64,000 bases of DNA, taken from IMG/VR virus record IMGVR_UViG_3300035698_016731, positions 1-64,000 of that record; one strand, 5' to 3'. Under the pieces are notes generated by a model. It saw only the letters and a list, made by a program, of their open reading frames with translations, had not been told where the DNA came from and searched no databases. The stretch is from a virus. Shown in pieces: positions 35,201-45,449 of the stretch. The translations under genes and the position numbers were made by a program. Every line of letters begins with the position of its first letter. The first letter of the stretch is position 1.

Positions 35201-36936
35201 TTAACCTCCTTAATTAATATACACCCTTCTGCTAATGTACAGTTACTACTTCCTGTATCCCATTCTGCTTTTATAGGAATAGTTCCCTTTCCTCCAAACA
35301 CTAGAGCATGTAAACGGATAGGCTGATAACCACTATCCATAAACAAACCTTCTAATTCATTGTATTCTTGATTATTTATTTCCAAATGAATATCAGTAGC
35401 TGCAACAGGAAGTATAGATGAATTTAATTGTACATATATAGGATAGCTTCCCTGTGTAAAGTATGTTAAAGTTCCATCAATAGTTGTATCTGCTGCAGTT
35501 GAAGCAGTAACAGCAGGAAGATGTAGGACTACACTTCTTGGAGCCATCCAATCTAATTCTTCTATATCAAATGTACTCAATCCAGCCAAGTTGGCTATGC
35601 TTGCTCCTGTTCCACTATTATAAATAGCACTCGCTTCTCCAGAACTTATCTGCCTATTCCAAATTGTAAAATCATCTATCTGCCCTCCCATAGCAAAAGC
35701 ATAAGAAGTAACAATAGCACCAGAATAGTATTTAAAATAATCAATCTCAGAAGTACAAAACCAAGTTGTACTTTCATTTCCAAAACTCACAAGGTCAGCA
35801 CCTGGGTCTTGACTATTTACTGTACCACTTAAAACTTTCTTTCCATTAATATAAAAATCCCAAGCTGTTCCACTTACTTCTATCTTATATACTCTCATTA
35901 CATCATAAGTATCTATCCAATAAGTTTTTGTACTGGCTCCATGAAATAGTTGAATACAATGACGATAAAACTTTATACGGACTACCCTATCATTAGTATC
36001 ATCATCAATACGAACAGTAAAGATTCCATTACTATCATATACTCCTGCTTCTTCAGTAAGTCTCATACGCCATTCAGCAGTAAAACCTGTAGCAAAATTC
36101 ACTGTAGGAACTATTTCATAATAAGCACTATATTGAGAAGCAGTTTCTGATGAAGTATTGATTACTAATAGTCCATCTTTTATTGTACTAAATTCACTTT
36201 CTACTCCATTAGTTTTACCTGTAGTAAAAGACCAACTATTCTCAGTAGGTAATTCTGTACCATCTTCTGATTTAGTCCAATTAAATTCATTCTTTCCACA
36301 ACCTACCATAGAGTAAGCATCTATATGATTAGGAGGAGTCTTGATGGTTTGCTTTATTAATTTAGTTCCTTCTTGGCTTCCATCAAAAAGCAATTCCAAT
36401 CTATCACTTCCATCTCCCTTACATCTCCATTTAGCAACAACATGGTGCCAGTCTGTATCAGCACTTCGGTCTGTGCTCCCTGTTACCTTAAATTCTGTAC
36501 CTTCAGTATCTATCATATAAATTTCTAAATAACCCAATGAAGTAAGATGTGCTTTTAATCCCCAAATAGTTTCAAATATTACTCCACTTTTACTTGCCTT
36601 CCTAAACCAGAAACTTATACTTCCTTCCTCATGACAATTTCTATTCTTCATTGATAAAAGAAGAAAAGTATCATCATCAGAAAAATCTCCAGAATAACTA
36701 TCAAACATTTTATTAGTACTATTCAAATCAGAAACAACAAAAGAATCATTACCTGATAGACTGTAGTTTGTTTCAAAACCATGGTCTATCATTCTACTAT
36801 AATCTTCAAAATTTTCATACAGCAGCATACCTCTTCTTAAAAAGGACTGTAGGTCATTGTCAGCCATATTTTGATATAGCTGATGAGTCATTAATTTTCC
36901 ATTTGACCAAGTATCTGTAAGGTCTGTATAGCTCAT
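35197..36936 (-). CDS. LamG/concanavalin-A domain tail protein (paralogue A)
   Basis: GSISFWF, WHHV, GQIDDFTIWNR..IYNSG. Confidence 0.8.
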   Translation of the reverse strand: MSYTDLTDTWSNGKLMTHQLYQNMADNDLQSFLRRGMLLYENFEDYSRMIDHGFETNYSLSGNDSFVVSDLNSTNKMFDSYSGDFSDDDTFLLLSMKNRNCHEEGSISFWFRKASKSGVIFETIWGLKAHLTSLGYLEIYMIDTEGTEFKVTGSTDRSADTDWHHVVAKWRCKGDGSDRLELLFDGSQEGTKLIKQTIKTPPNHIDAYSMVGCGKNEFNWTKSEDGTELPTENSWSFTTGKTNGVESEFSTIKDGLLVINTSSETASQYSAYYEIVPTVNFATGFTAEWRMRLTEEAGVYDSNGIFTVRIDDDTNDRVVRIKFYRHCIQLFHGASTKTYWIDTYDVMRVYKIEVSGTAWDFYINGKKVLSGTVNSQDPGADLVSFGNESTTWFCTSEIDYFKYYSGAIVTSYAFAMGGQIDDFTIWNRQISSGEASAIYNSGTGASIANLAGLSTFDIEELDWMAPRSVVLHLPAVTASTAADTTIDGTLTYFTQGSYPIYVQLNSSILPVAATDIHLEINNQEYNELEGLFMDSGYQPIRLHALVFGGKGTIPIKAEWDTGSSNCTLAEGCILIKEVK

Positions 36937-38711
36937 TCTAATTCCTCTCCAATTATATGAAAATAATTAACTGCATTATAAGTTTTAGCAGCATTTTTAA
37001 CTTGCATTTGTATAGCTATTGTACTAGCAACAGAAGAGCTAACAGCCATAGGTAACTGTGTATTTGCATAATTAGTATCTTCATGCCAAGAGATAGAAGG
37101 GAATTGACCTACACCATCTTCCATTCCTACATCTAACATTCCATAAAAAGTATCTTGTCCATCAATTGACTCACAAGATTGTGAACTGTAGTATATCATA
37201 GGATTTCTTGGTTGAATATTGTAAACTAGATTTGCAGTTATATTTTGATAAGTAGCTGATAGACTAAATGTACCTCTTTCATCTCTAATTTTCCCGAATA
37301 TCTTCATACCTTTATGATTAAGTTTTTGAACCTCTAATGAACTAAGGTCACAGTAATCAGAAATAGCATATCCCAAACCATTATTATATATTGAATCGAA
37401 CTCATTGTCATCTAACTGTCTATCCCAAAGAGCAAGGTCATCCATTTGACCTCCAAAACCTGAAGTACCATTTATATCAGGAACATTTAATAAATCATCT
37501 TGATAACCAACTTTTACATAATCCCATTCAGAGAAAGATTCCCTATTTGCTGCAACATCATCATCTCCAAAACCAAATATAGTTCCACCATCAATGTTTC
37601 CAGCTGTTATATCAATACTTCCAGACATTATTCCATCTATGTATAGAACAACATTTGTTTCACCATAAACTACTATCCTATAAGTGTGCCATTGGTAAGT
37701 ATCAATAGAAGTAGACTTATAAGTGTCAGCTCCTATGGTTACTCCTTGAGGATAAATCCAAAGTCTAACATAATAAGGAGTATCACTATCTTCCATCCAC
37801 ATTACACATTGAGTATTTGCACCTCCAGTCATATCATAATCTATCAATCTCATCCTCGCTTCCATCCAAACAGTTGCTGCACTAAAATCTATATTAGCAT
37901 CACTTTCATAATAATAAGCAATAGCAGCAGAAGCCATAGTTTTTATTTTCAACACACCATCCTCAACCCCACTACGAAGATTCTCATCTCCTCCTGTAAA
38001 AGTCCCACTATCTGCTGAAGGAAGGGCTGTCATCTCCCAAGTTTCTATATCATTATCAGCTGTATCATTTCTATCACAACCAATCAACATGGTACTTCTA
38101 TCAGAGCCTGTTACAAAAATAGTTTTGCTAGTAAGAGCAGTTCCTACTTCCTCCCCATCAATAAACAAATGCATCTCATCACTTCCATCTCCCTTACATC
38201 TCCACTTAGCTCCAATATGTTTCCATTCAGATTTTGAGTCCACAATGTTATCGCTTATAATAGTATTAGTAACACCACTAGTGTCTGTAATATTAAATCT
38301 TAAATAACCACCATTATCTATTTTAATTTGAGCACCCCAGTATGGTCTCCAAAGGCTCTTTCCTTTCAACCCAGCTCTAAACCAAAAACTAATACTTCCC
38401 TCTTCAGCATTATCCTTTAAATCCATTTTATATAAAAGGGTATCAGCACTACCCATATTCAAAGCATTAGTTCCAAACTTTACATTATCACTTTGAACTG
38501 CTGGTGCTAACAATTCTAAAACTCCATCATTATTCCAATCCAACTCTGCTCCATTATCACACATGTTAACAAAGTTCTCAAAGTTCTCATAGAATATCAA
38601 TCCTTTATCTAAATGAAGAAGTGAGTCATTTACAGCATGAGCATGCATATATTGCCATCTTACTATGCTCTTATATTCCCACACTTCAGTTAAGTCCATA
38701 TAGTTAGACAT
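36933..38711 (-). CDS. LamG domain tail protein (paralogue B)
   Basis: GSISFWF, WKHI, GQMDDLALWDR..IYNNG. Confidence 0.8.
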   Translation of the reverse strand: MSNYMDLTEVWEYKSIVRWQYMHAHAVNDSLLHLDKGLIFYENFENFVNMCDNGAELDWNNDGVLELLAPAVQSDNVKFGTNALNMGSADTLLYKMDLKDNAEEGSISFWFRAGLKGKSLWRPYWGAQIKIDNGGYLRFNITDTSGVTNTIISDNIVDSKSEWKHIGAKWRCKGDGSDEMHLFIDGEEVGTALTSKTIFVTGSDRSTMLIGCDRNDTADNDIETWEMTALPSADSGTFTGGDENLRSGVEDGVLKIKTMASAAIAYYYESDANIDFSAATVWMEARMRLIDYDMTGGANTQCVMWMEDSDTPYYVRLWIYPQGVTIGADTYKSTSIDTYQWHTYRIVVYGETNVVLYIDGIMSGSIDITAGNIDGGTIFGFGDDDVAANRESFSEWDYVKVGYQDDLLNVPDINGTSGFGGQMDDLALWDRQLDDNEFDSIYNNGLGYAISDYCDLSSLEVQKLNHKGMKIFGKIRDERGTFSLSATYQNITANLVYNIQPRNPMIYYSSQSCESIDGQDTFYGMLDVGMEDGVGQFPSISWHEDTNYANTQLPMAVSSSVASTIAIQMQVKNAAKTYNAVNYFHIIGEELE

Positions 38712-41551
38712 TATTTCTTCTCCATTATTACCATAGTTCTACCTATTGTATCTCCAGTAATTGTATTACTAGCAACTTTCCATCTTTCCAAAGCCAACAT
38801 AGCTCCGTAGTCTCCCATATTTATTCCCATATTAGAAATTGGTACATAATTTCCTGTAGCAAGAACTACATCATGCACCCAACTTTCTGAAAATGTAGAA
38901 CCTGTATCCAGCACTCTCATATTTAATTTACCTAATCCAAAAACTCCAGAACCTGCTGCATTCATATCCCAAGCATCACTATAGAAACCAATCCATGGAG
39001 CACTTCCTTTCATATAATACAAACTCATTTCAGGAACATTAACATAACTAGTATCAGTTTCTGTAGGGCTTATAGTACTACCAGTAGCCATATGACATTG
39101 TGCTGGGTGGTGATTGAGTTCTTTTAATTCCTTTCTTCCTATGTATGAAAGTTCTTTGATGCTTTTTCCTGTCCCACTGTTGTAAATCAATTCTATTTCA
39201 TTTACACTTATCTGCCTACCCCAAATTGCTAAATCATCTATCAAGCCTAAACAAGTATCACCAATAGGAACATCAGTTGAATCTAATATATATTTAAAAT
39301 ACTCCCACTTAGTTTCAGAATCCTTCCCTGATGTACTATCTGAATCTCCAAATTGAACTAAATCTGCTCCTGCATCACCACCATTTACTGTACCAGTCAT
39401 TCTCATTACACCATCTACATAAAATAAATATGTTGTTGCAGTTACTGTAACTCGGTAAGTGTGATAGTCTAATCTTGGATTCATATAGATATGTTTATGA
39501 ATGTCACCACTTATCCTAATCCTATGATTGTAGAATTTTATATCTAAACTTTCACTTTGTGTACCATCTCTAAAGTATACCTGACAAACATCATAGTTAC
39601 CTCCACTACTTTCTGCATTAACAACTTTCAATTTCCATTCAGCAGTAAAACCTGCATCAAAATCAACATCAGGAGCTATGTCATAATAGGCATCTCCTAC
39701 AGCAGCATTGTCTCCAGCATAGAGTTCATCAATATATATAGTATTCGCCGCATCAGCATTAGTTATCTCTATCTGTATCTTTTCTATATCATCAAGGTCA
39801 GAGGCACTCTCCCCACTAATGTCCCAAGTTTCAGTTTGCCAAGTATCAGCTACTAATATATTGGGAGTGTCTTCTATCCAATTTCCTCCAACATCATAAA
39901 GACGAACATTAAAGTGACTTCCTATCCTTGAACCTCTAACTTGATATTTTATCTGTGTTTGTTTAGAAATATCTATTGTTGAATCAAGAGTCCTTGTTAG
40001 AGTATCATCTAAGGAGTCAGTAATAGCAGCAACTACTTTCATACAATATGTACCTTCTTGAGCTTCCCCAGCATTTGAAAAAGCAAGTAGATTAGTTTGA
40101 GGCAAATCTAACTCACTTCCATTTCCACTATTATATATAGCAACTACATCGTCAGAAGTCAAAACACTATCATACAATCTCAAGTCATCCAACTTTCCAT
40201 CAAAATAAGTACTTCCACTTCTTCCTATATAAATAGTAAAACATTGCTGAATGGGAGCAGTATCTGTCCAAGTATCTACACTCGCACCGTCTTCATATAT
40301 TTCATAATCTCCATCTACATTTCTTGTTATAGCATAATGAGTCCAAGTTGTACTTATATCTCCACAAGCATAATCATTATTAAATTGACCAGGTACAGAA
40401 ACTCTTAATAGGTTTGCATGAAATGTAATCTCAAATAGGTCATCATAGTAAAATATTACAGGTCTATTAGCTACATTGTCATCTCTATATACCCAAAAAC
40501 TCCAAGTAAAAACAGTACTTGGTATAGTTATTGGAACAAAAGCTGATGCATATTCTCTTCCTGAATACACTGGTCCATCAGTATATCCATCAACATAAAA
40601 TATCTTTACTGTACCACCATTAGTAGTCCTATTTGCTCCACCACGTACATCAAGAACACCACTACTGATATTTATTCCATCTGCTGTGTAGCATTTTAAA
40701 AGGATACCACCACCTGCACCTTCTCCTGATGCTCCACTACTACCACCTTTATTAGCTGTCTTTGTACAGTATTCTCCTCCACCTCCAGTAAGACATGGAC
40801 CAGGATTACAGCCATAACCTCCTACTGCTCCTGCTCCTGATTGAACACTAGCATGACTTGCTCCTCCTATTCCAGCACCTTGACCATAACGGCAAATTGC
40901 TCCATTACCAGCATTGCCATTTCCTCCATATCTTCCTCTACAATAAATTCCACCAGTAATAGTAATAGAAGTAGAAGCATAAAGCTTTACCCAAGCAGCA
41001 CCATCTCCACCTCCTGCTCCACCAGCACCTCCACCTGCAGAGTAGTTGTTATTAGGACAACATCCACCATAGGAAGGTGAACGAATTTCTCCACCAGCAC
41101 CTCCACCACCACCTCCACCTCCTGAACCCATTACTAAAGATTCATCAGTAGAAGAGTCTCCATTAGCACCAGAACTTTTATATCCACCATTGGCTCCACC
41201 TGAAGCACTACCTCCCAAACAACAACTAGCTGCTCCTCCACCACCTCCACCACCAGGATAAGAACCAGAACCTGTTGCTCCACCTGTACCATTACTTGGA
41301 GTGTCTCCACCAGCTGAACCAGCACCACCATTACCACCATTATATCCTCTACCATCTCCAATAATAGTTCCAATGATATTAATAACATCAGCTTCTATCT
41401 GAAGCCAACCAGTAACAGAAGAAACATACTCAGCAACATAAAGTATCTTACCACTATTAATAGTAAGAGTACCTATATTGTAATGTCTGTCACTCCAAGT
41501 GGTATTTGCACTTATAGTAACATTTGCACCTGCATGGTCAGTTGCTGCCAT
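38711..41551 (-). CDS. Gly/Cys-rich adhesin-like domain fused to the C-terminal half of a LamG tail protein
   Basis: ~330-aa Gly-rich N-terminus; then FTWSFW/WTHY/DDLRLY, GFTAEW, DDLAIWGR. Confidence 0.8.
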   Translation of the reverse strand: MAATDHAGANVTISANTTWSDRHYNIGTLTINSGKILYVAEYVSSVTGWLQIEADVINIIGTIIGDGRGYNGGNGGAGSAGGDTPSNGTGGATGSGSYPGGGGGGGAASCCLGGSASGGANGGYKSSGANGDSSTDESLVMGSGGGGGGGGAGGEIRSPSYGGCCPNNNYSAGGGAGGAGGGDGAAWVKLYASTSITITGGIYCRGRYGGNGNAGNGAICRYGQGAGIGGASHASVQSGAGAVGGYGCNPGPCLTGGGGEYCTKTANKGGSSGASGEGAGGGILLKCYTADGINISSGVLDVRGGANRTTNGGTVKIFYVDGYTDGPVYSGREYASAFVPITIPSTVFTWSFWVYRDDNVANRPVIFYYDDLFEITFHANLLRVSVPGQFNNDYACGDISTTWTHYAITRNVDGDYEIYEDGASVDTWTDTAPIQQCFTIYIGRSGSTYFDGKLDDLRLYDSVLTSDDVVAIYNSGNGSELDLPQTNLLAFSNAGEAQEGTYCMKVVAAITDSLDDTLTRTLDSTIDISKQTQIKYQVRGSRIGSHFNVRLYDVGGNWIEDTPNILVADTWQTETWDISGESASDLDDIEKIQIEITNADAANTIYIDELYAGDNAAVGDAYYDIAPDVDFDAGFTAEWKLKVVNAESSGGNYDVCQVYFRDGTQSESLDIKFYNHRIRISGDIHKHIYMNPRLDYHTYRVTVTATTYLFYVDGVMRMTGTVNGGDAGADLVQFGDSDSTSGKDSETKWEYFKYILDSTDVPIGDTCLGLIDDLAIWGRQISVNEIELIYNSGTGKSIKELSYIGRKELKELNHHPAQCHMATGSTISPTETDTSYVNVPEMSLYYMKGSAPWIGFYSDAWDMNAAGSGVFGLGKLNMRVLDTGSTFSESWVHDVVLATGNYVPISNMGINMGDYGAMLALERWKVASNTITGDTIGRTMVIMEKK

Positions 41552-41801
41552 CTTTTATCACCCTATTGTAAGAAATTATTTTCCCTTCTAAGTCTTTAAC
41601 AAAAGGAGGATAATATACTGGAGCAGAGGCTTTGCTTTTAGCCATATCCAGAATCATATCTATTACCCTATCTTTTGTTGCTACCTTTCCTAAATTAATA
41701 TATTCATTACTTAAAAGCTTATCATTTGCAAATATATCAAAATTAGCTACTATTCCATTTTCATCTGCACTAAATTTATTAATTTTAACAGATACAGTCA
41801 T
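41538..41801 (-). CDS. hypothetical protein
   Basis: coupled ORF with RBS. Confidence 0.6.
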   Translation of the reverse strand: MTVSVKINKFSADENGIVANFDIFANDKLLSNEYINLGKVATKDRVIDMILDMAKSKASAPVYYPPFVKDLEGKIISYNRVIKDGSN

Positions 41802-42025
41802 ACTATCACCTCGATATTTTTAATCCAATTAAGTTCCATTTGTATAATCTTCCTTATATAATTAATCATCTGAGTTACATTCACAGGACAACAATGACTT
41901 ATCCTATTTAATACCAAAACAATATTATCTTCAACTATCTCTTTCAATTGAATGAGAAAACCTTCTCCCATTAATTCACTTTCTAAATAAGCTAAAACTT
42001 TTCTCACTTCTTTTTCTTTATCCAT
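41798..42025 (-). CDS. NifU C-terminal-domain-like small protein
   Basis: V.KVL..L...L..EG..I.L..I...IV.V....HCCP.....I.K.I..EL..IK.IEV resembles NifU_C. Confidence 0.55.
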   Translation of the reverse strand: MDKEKEVRKVLAYLESELMGEGFLIQLKEIVEDNIVLVLNRISHCCPVNVTQMINYIRKIIQMELNWIKNIEVIV

Positions 42026-43758
42026 TATACAGTTCCGCCAATCAGATAATCATTGCTACCTGAATTAAACTCTATACAATAATCTCCAGTATGTCCTGTT
42101 TCTTGGTCTCTGTTGTTGTCAAAAGTTAAATCTATATTTCCTTTTAAATCGGATTCTGTAGTAGCATTATCTCCTTCAAAAGTCCAATGAGCATAAGGTG
42201 AAGTAGTCATAGCATCACTACCTATATAGGTAACTTGAGCAGAAGCATCAGAAGCATACTCGAAATTATCCAAAGTAACATAAGCAGTTGTTGTGTCTAT
42301 AGTTAATATACCATTAGCTATTGAAACAAATTGAGTTTCCTGACTTCCTTGATAAGTCCAATTTCCAGCAGAAGGAAGAGCACTCATATCTTCATCTTCA
42401 CCCCATACTGGGTCATTCCTTCCACTTCCTACTATAGCATAGCTATCAAAACAACCTCCTGCAATTTGAACAGTACCACCACTCATTGCTGTTCCACTAG
42501 CACTACCATCAATGTATAATTTTAAACTATCTGAAGCATCACCTAAATTTCTCCAAAGGACAATAATATGATGCCATGCCTCATCACAAATATCAACTGT
42601 GCTGTCTGTTATTGCACCGACACCACCAAATCCACCAGAAGGTAGAGACTCTGTAAGACCTACATCAATATAGCCTGTAGCATCAACTTCTATCTTTAAT
42701 CCCCAATAAGCTTCATAGAGGGTTGTAGACTTTTTAGGATTTTTAATCCAGAAACTAATACTTCCTTCTTTGTGATGTTCACGAAGGCGAGTTGATAAAA
42801 GCATATCTCCATCATCATGGAAGCTAATTGCCTTTTGACCAAACTTTGCTGCCTTATCAAAATGTAATAGTAAATTAGTATCACTGTCAGTAGTGTGAAC
42901 TGCTGTTGGAGTAGTAATAGTATCATCTCCACTTCCACCTGTGGCATTTGGTGCTGCTGTGAATATATTACTCATTATGATTCTAACTTCTTCCATATTT
43001 CCATTGAAAAATATATCATCATCACCACGTTGTCCTAACCAGAGCCTCCCAACAAATATATCTTCAGTAGCATCACTTACATAAGCCACCTGTGCTCCAT
43101 CAAGATATAATCCCCACTCCACAGTTGGACCACCTGAAGTAACTTTACAAAGAGCAACATGATGCCAATCTGTATCAGCTATCTCAGTACCCCAACCTGA
43201 ATCAATAGTTCCTGCCCCACCATTATATGAAGCTAAGAATCTTAAACCACTTCCGTGTTGGTGATAAAGTTGCCAATAATTAGTTACATCTTCATATTGT
43301 TCAATAAGTACTTCTGTTCCTACATGGTCACCCATCTTTACCCAAAGGTCAATTGTCCAATCAACTGTATCATCATTCAATAAAGCCCAAAGAGGGGAAT
43401 CAGCAAAGTAAATAGCATCAGCTTGGCCATTAAATTCTGCACTTCCATTTCCCCACTTATAATTTACAGCATCAACTTTTACATGATAAGAAACAATTGC
43501 TTCTTCATGGTTACTACTATAGTCCGTAACATCAAGGTTCATTATCTGGTCATATTCTACATCAGGAGTCTCACTATCATTACTAGGATTAGGGTGATAG
43601 CCATAATCTATCATCTTTCTATAACTTTCAAAATTACAATAGGATTCTAATTGATTAAGAATATATTGACTCGCATCATTGTCTGCCATATTTTGCAACA
43701 ATGTAGTTGTAATGAGAGTTCTATGTTCCCAACTATCTGTCAAATCTGTATAAGCCAT
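42025..43758 (-). CDS. LamG tail protein, N-terminal half (paralogue C)
   Basis: MAYTDLTDSW...MADND N-terminus shared with A and B; one complete LamG plus domains that are never closed. Confidence 0.8.
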   Translation of the reverse strand: MAYTDLTDSWEHRTLITTTLLQNMADNDASQYILNQLESYCNFESYRKMIDYGYHPNPSNDSETPDVEYDQIMNLDVTDYSSNHEEAIVSYHVKVDAVNYKWGNGSAEFNGQADAIYFADSPLWALLNDDTVDWTIDLWVKMGDHVGTEVLIEQYEDVTNYWQLYHQHGSGLRFLASYNGGAGTIDSGWGTEIADTDWHHVALCKVTSGGPTVEWGLYLDGAQVAYVSDATEDIFVGRLWLGQRGDDDIFFNGNMEEVRIIMSNIFTAAPNATGGSGDDTITTPTAVHTTDSDTNLLLHFDKAAKFGQKAISFHDDGDMLLSTRLREHHKEGSISFWIKNPKKSTTLYEAYWGLKIEVDATGYIDVGLTESLPSGGFGGVGAITDSTVDICDEAWHHIIVLWRNLGDASDSLKLYIDGSASGTAMSGGTVQIAGGCFDSYAIVGSGRNDPVWGEDEDMSALPSAGNWTYQGSQETQFVSIANGILTIDTTTAYVTLDNFEYASDASAQVTYIGSDAMTTSPYAHWTFEGDNATTESDLKGNIDLTFDNNRDQETGHTGDYCIEFNSGSNDYLIGGTV

Positions 43759-43783
43759 TTATTTAATTCCTACTTTGGTGATG

Positions 43784-44119
43784 TTACTCAATAACCACAT
43801 CTCCCAATTTCTTTAAATTAGGAAATTCTATAACAAAATGTATACAACTCTTACAAACCTTATTATTAAAAAATGTCTCAAAACCATTTGGACATTTATC
43901 TCCACTTTGTTTTAGGTAGCAAGTCTCTGCTTTTGTTAGCTGAGCTCGACTTACTCCTGTACCATCAAAAAATTTACTATCATAGTTACGGCATGATTTA
44001 CAGCTCGTATCAACTTTAGTTTTTTTCATAGGACATTGACTCAATCCTACTTTACAATTCTCTATAAGTATTCCTTTTACTTCAGTTACTTTTCTTCCAA
44101 ACATAAACGGCATATCCAA
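43784..44119 (-). CDS. Cys-rich protein with internal duplication
   Basis: C..CP..CKSC twice. Confidence 0.65.
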   Translation of the reverse strand: MDMPFMFGRKVTEVKGILIENCKVGLSQCPMKKTKVDTSCKSCRNYDSKFFDGTGVSRAQLTKAETCYLKQSGDKCPNGFETFFNNKVCKSCIHFVIEFPNLKKLGDVVIE

Positions 44120-44135
44120 TCTCCTTTTTTAATCA

Positions 44136-45449
44136 TTAATATGCATAGTACATAGGTGCTACTGAGGCTGCTGGTGCAGCACAGTATGCAAATTCTTTAT
44201 TTGCTGTACTGGCAGCTGCAAAAGTATCACTCTGTGGACTCAAGTCATCTCCCTCATCTACACTACTTCCCAAGAAAGCCCAAGTATAGCCTCCTATGTC
44301 AGTTGTCTTTTCCAATTCTAGTTGAGTTTCATGCTGGGACATATCCATGACTACCCGATTTATTCTACAATATTCAGAACTCAAACCAGCAATGCTAGAA
44401 ATTACAATTACAACTTGTCCTATATCTATATCAGGCAACCAATGAGCATCTACATGTATATTTGGTATGTCATCTCTTGTTCCAAACTTGGTTATAATTT
44501 TATCCCCTATGTCTTTTGCTTGAGCATACTTCTGGACATAAGGATTGTTTATTATTATGTAGCGACCTGCTTCTTGAGTATCTGTATTGTCTATTGGATA
44601 GAAACTATCTCCACTATAATGAACTCTTACTTTATTAACTAACATAGTAAAGTCAGTAATGTAAGTAACATCTTTCGTATATGATTCTAAGTTAAGTTCA
44701 TCTCCTTCCCCAGCGAAGACAGGAATAAACTCTTCTAAATTTATAACTCCAAACCTATCTTCCCAAATTCTTGTATTTGAGCTTTCAGCTAAATATGCAA
44801 TAGCTGAACTTATTGTCATATCACTAAATACAATATCTCTATAAAAGATAGAAAGGTCTTGTATACTGTATTCTGCAGCAGTCAACCCTGCAACCTCTTT
44901 CAATAGATATTCTACAATATCATTGAACTTCCAATCTCCCATAAAAGTAAGTGGGTCTGCAACTCCATCATCATCAGGCTCTCCCACTCTTTTCTCTAAT
45001 GCCTTCTTACTCTTTCCCCTGCCATATAGCTGAGCCATTCCACTGTCATCCTTCAACTCGACCTTCTCTAATAGGACTACAGCCTGTGGAGTTACTTCTA
45101 TGTTGTCATCATCTATATAGAACCCTGCATAGATGGAAATTTCTGCATCATAGTAGTCTTTTCCATAAAACAGACTTGTAGGCTCTTCAGGAGAAAAATA
45201 TCCAGTATTATTACTAACCATTACTGTCGAGTCACCACTTCTAATTTGAGATACCTGTCCAGGTTGATTTGGACTACCTCTATCTATACTAGAGATGTTG
45301 GTTACATAGTCTGTTATATCTATAGCATCTTCATCACCAATAGCTATAGTAACATATTTATATGGACGACTGTTGGAAGATGCTCTTTCTGCTATAAAAT
45401 CAGAGCTTACAGTATTATTTATAGTAATATCAGCCACGGCTACTTGCAC
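44136..45449 (-). CDS. baseplate hub / tail tip protein
   Basis: follows tape measure; N..G.FSP, LAE...IWEDRFG.I, N.V.V, P.I.IG..V hub-like patterns. Confidence 0.7.
   Translation of the reverse strand: MQVAVADITINNTVSSDFIAERASSNSRPYKYVTIAIGDEDAIDITDYVTNISSIDRGSPNQPGQVSQIRSGDSTVMVSNNTGYFSPEEPTSLFYGKDYYDAEISIYAGFYIDDDNIEVTPQAVVLLEKVELKDDSGMAQLYGRGKSKKALEKRVGEPDDDGVADPLTFMGDWKFNDIVEYLLKEVAGLTAAEYSIQDLSIFYRDIVFSDMTISSAIAYLAESSNTRIWEDRFGVINLEEFIPVFAGEGDELNLESYTKDVTYITDFTMLVNKVRVHYSGDSFYPIDNTDTQEAGRYIIINNPYVQKYAQAKDIGDKIITKFGTRDDIPNIHVDAHWLPDIDIGQVVIVISSIAGLSSEYCRINRVVMDMSQHETQLELEKTTDIGGYTWAFLGSSVDEGDDLSPQSDTFAAASTANKEFAYCAAPAASVAPMYYAY

Noticed and set aside
35197-43758. Diversity-generating retroelement or invertase shuffling of tail genes
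   Set aside because: No reverse transcriptase or recombinase in the window, and I saw no near-identical TR/VR pair; the paralogues are broadly diverged.
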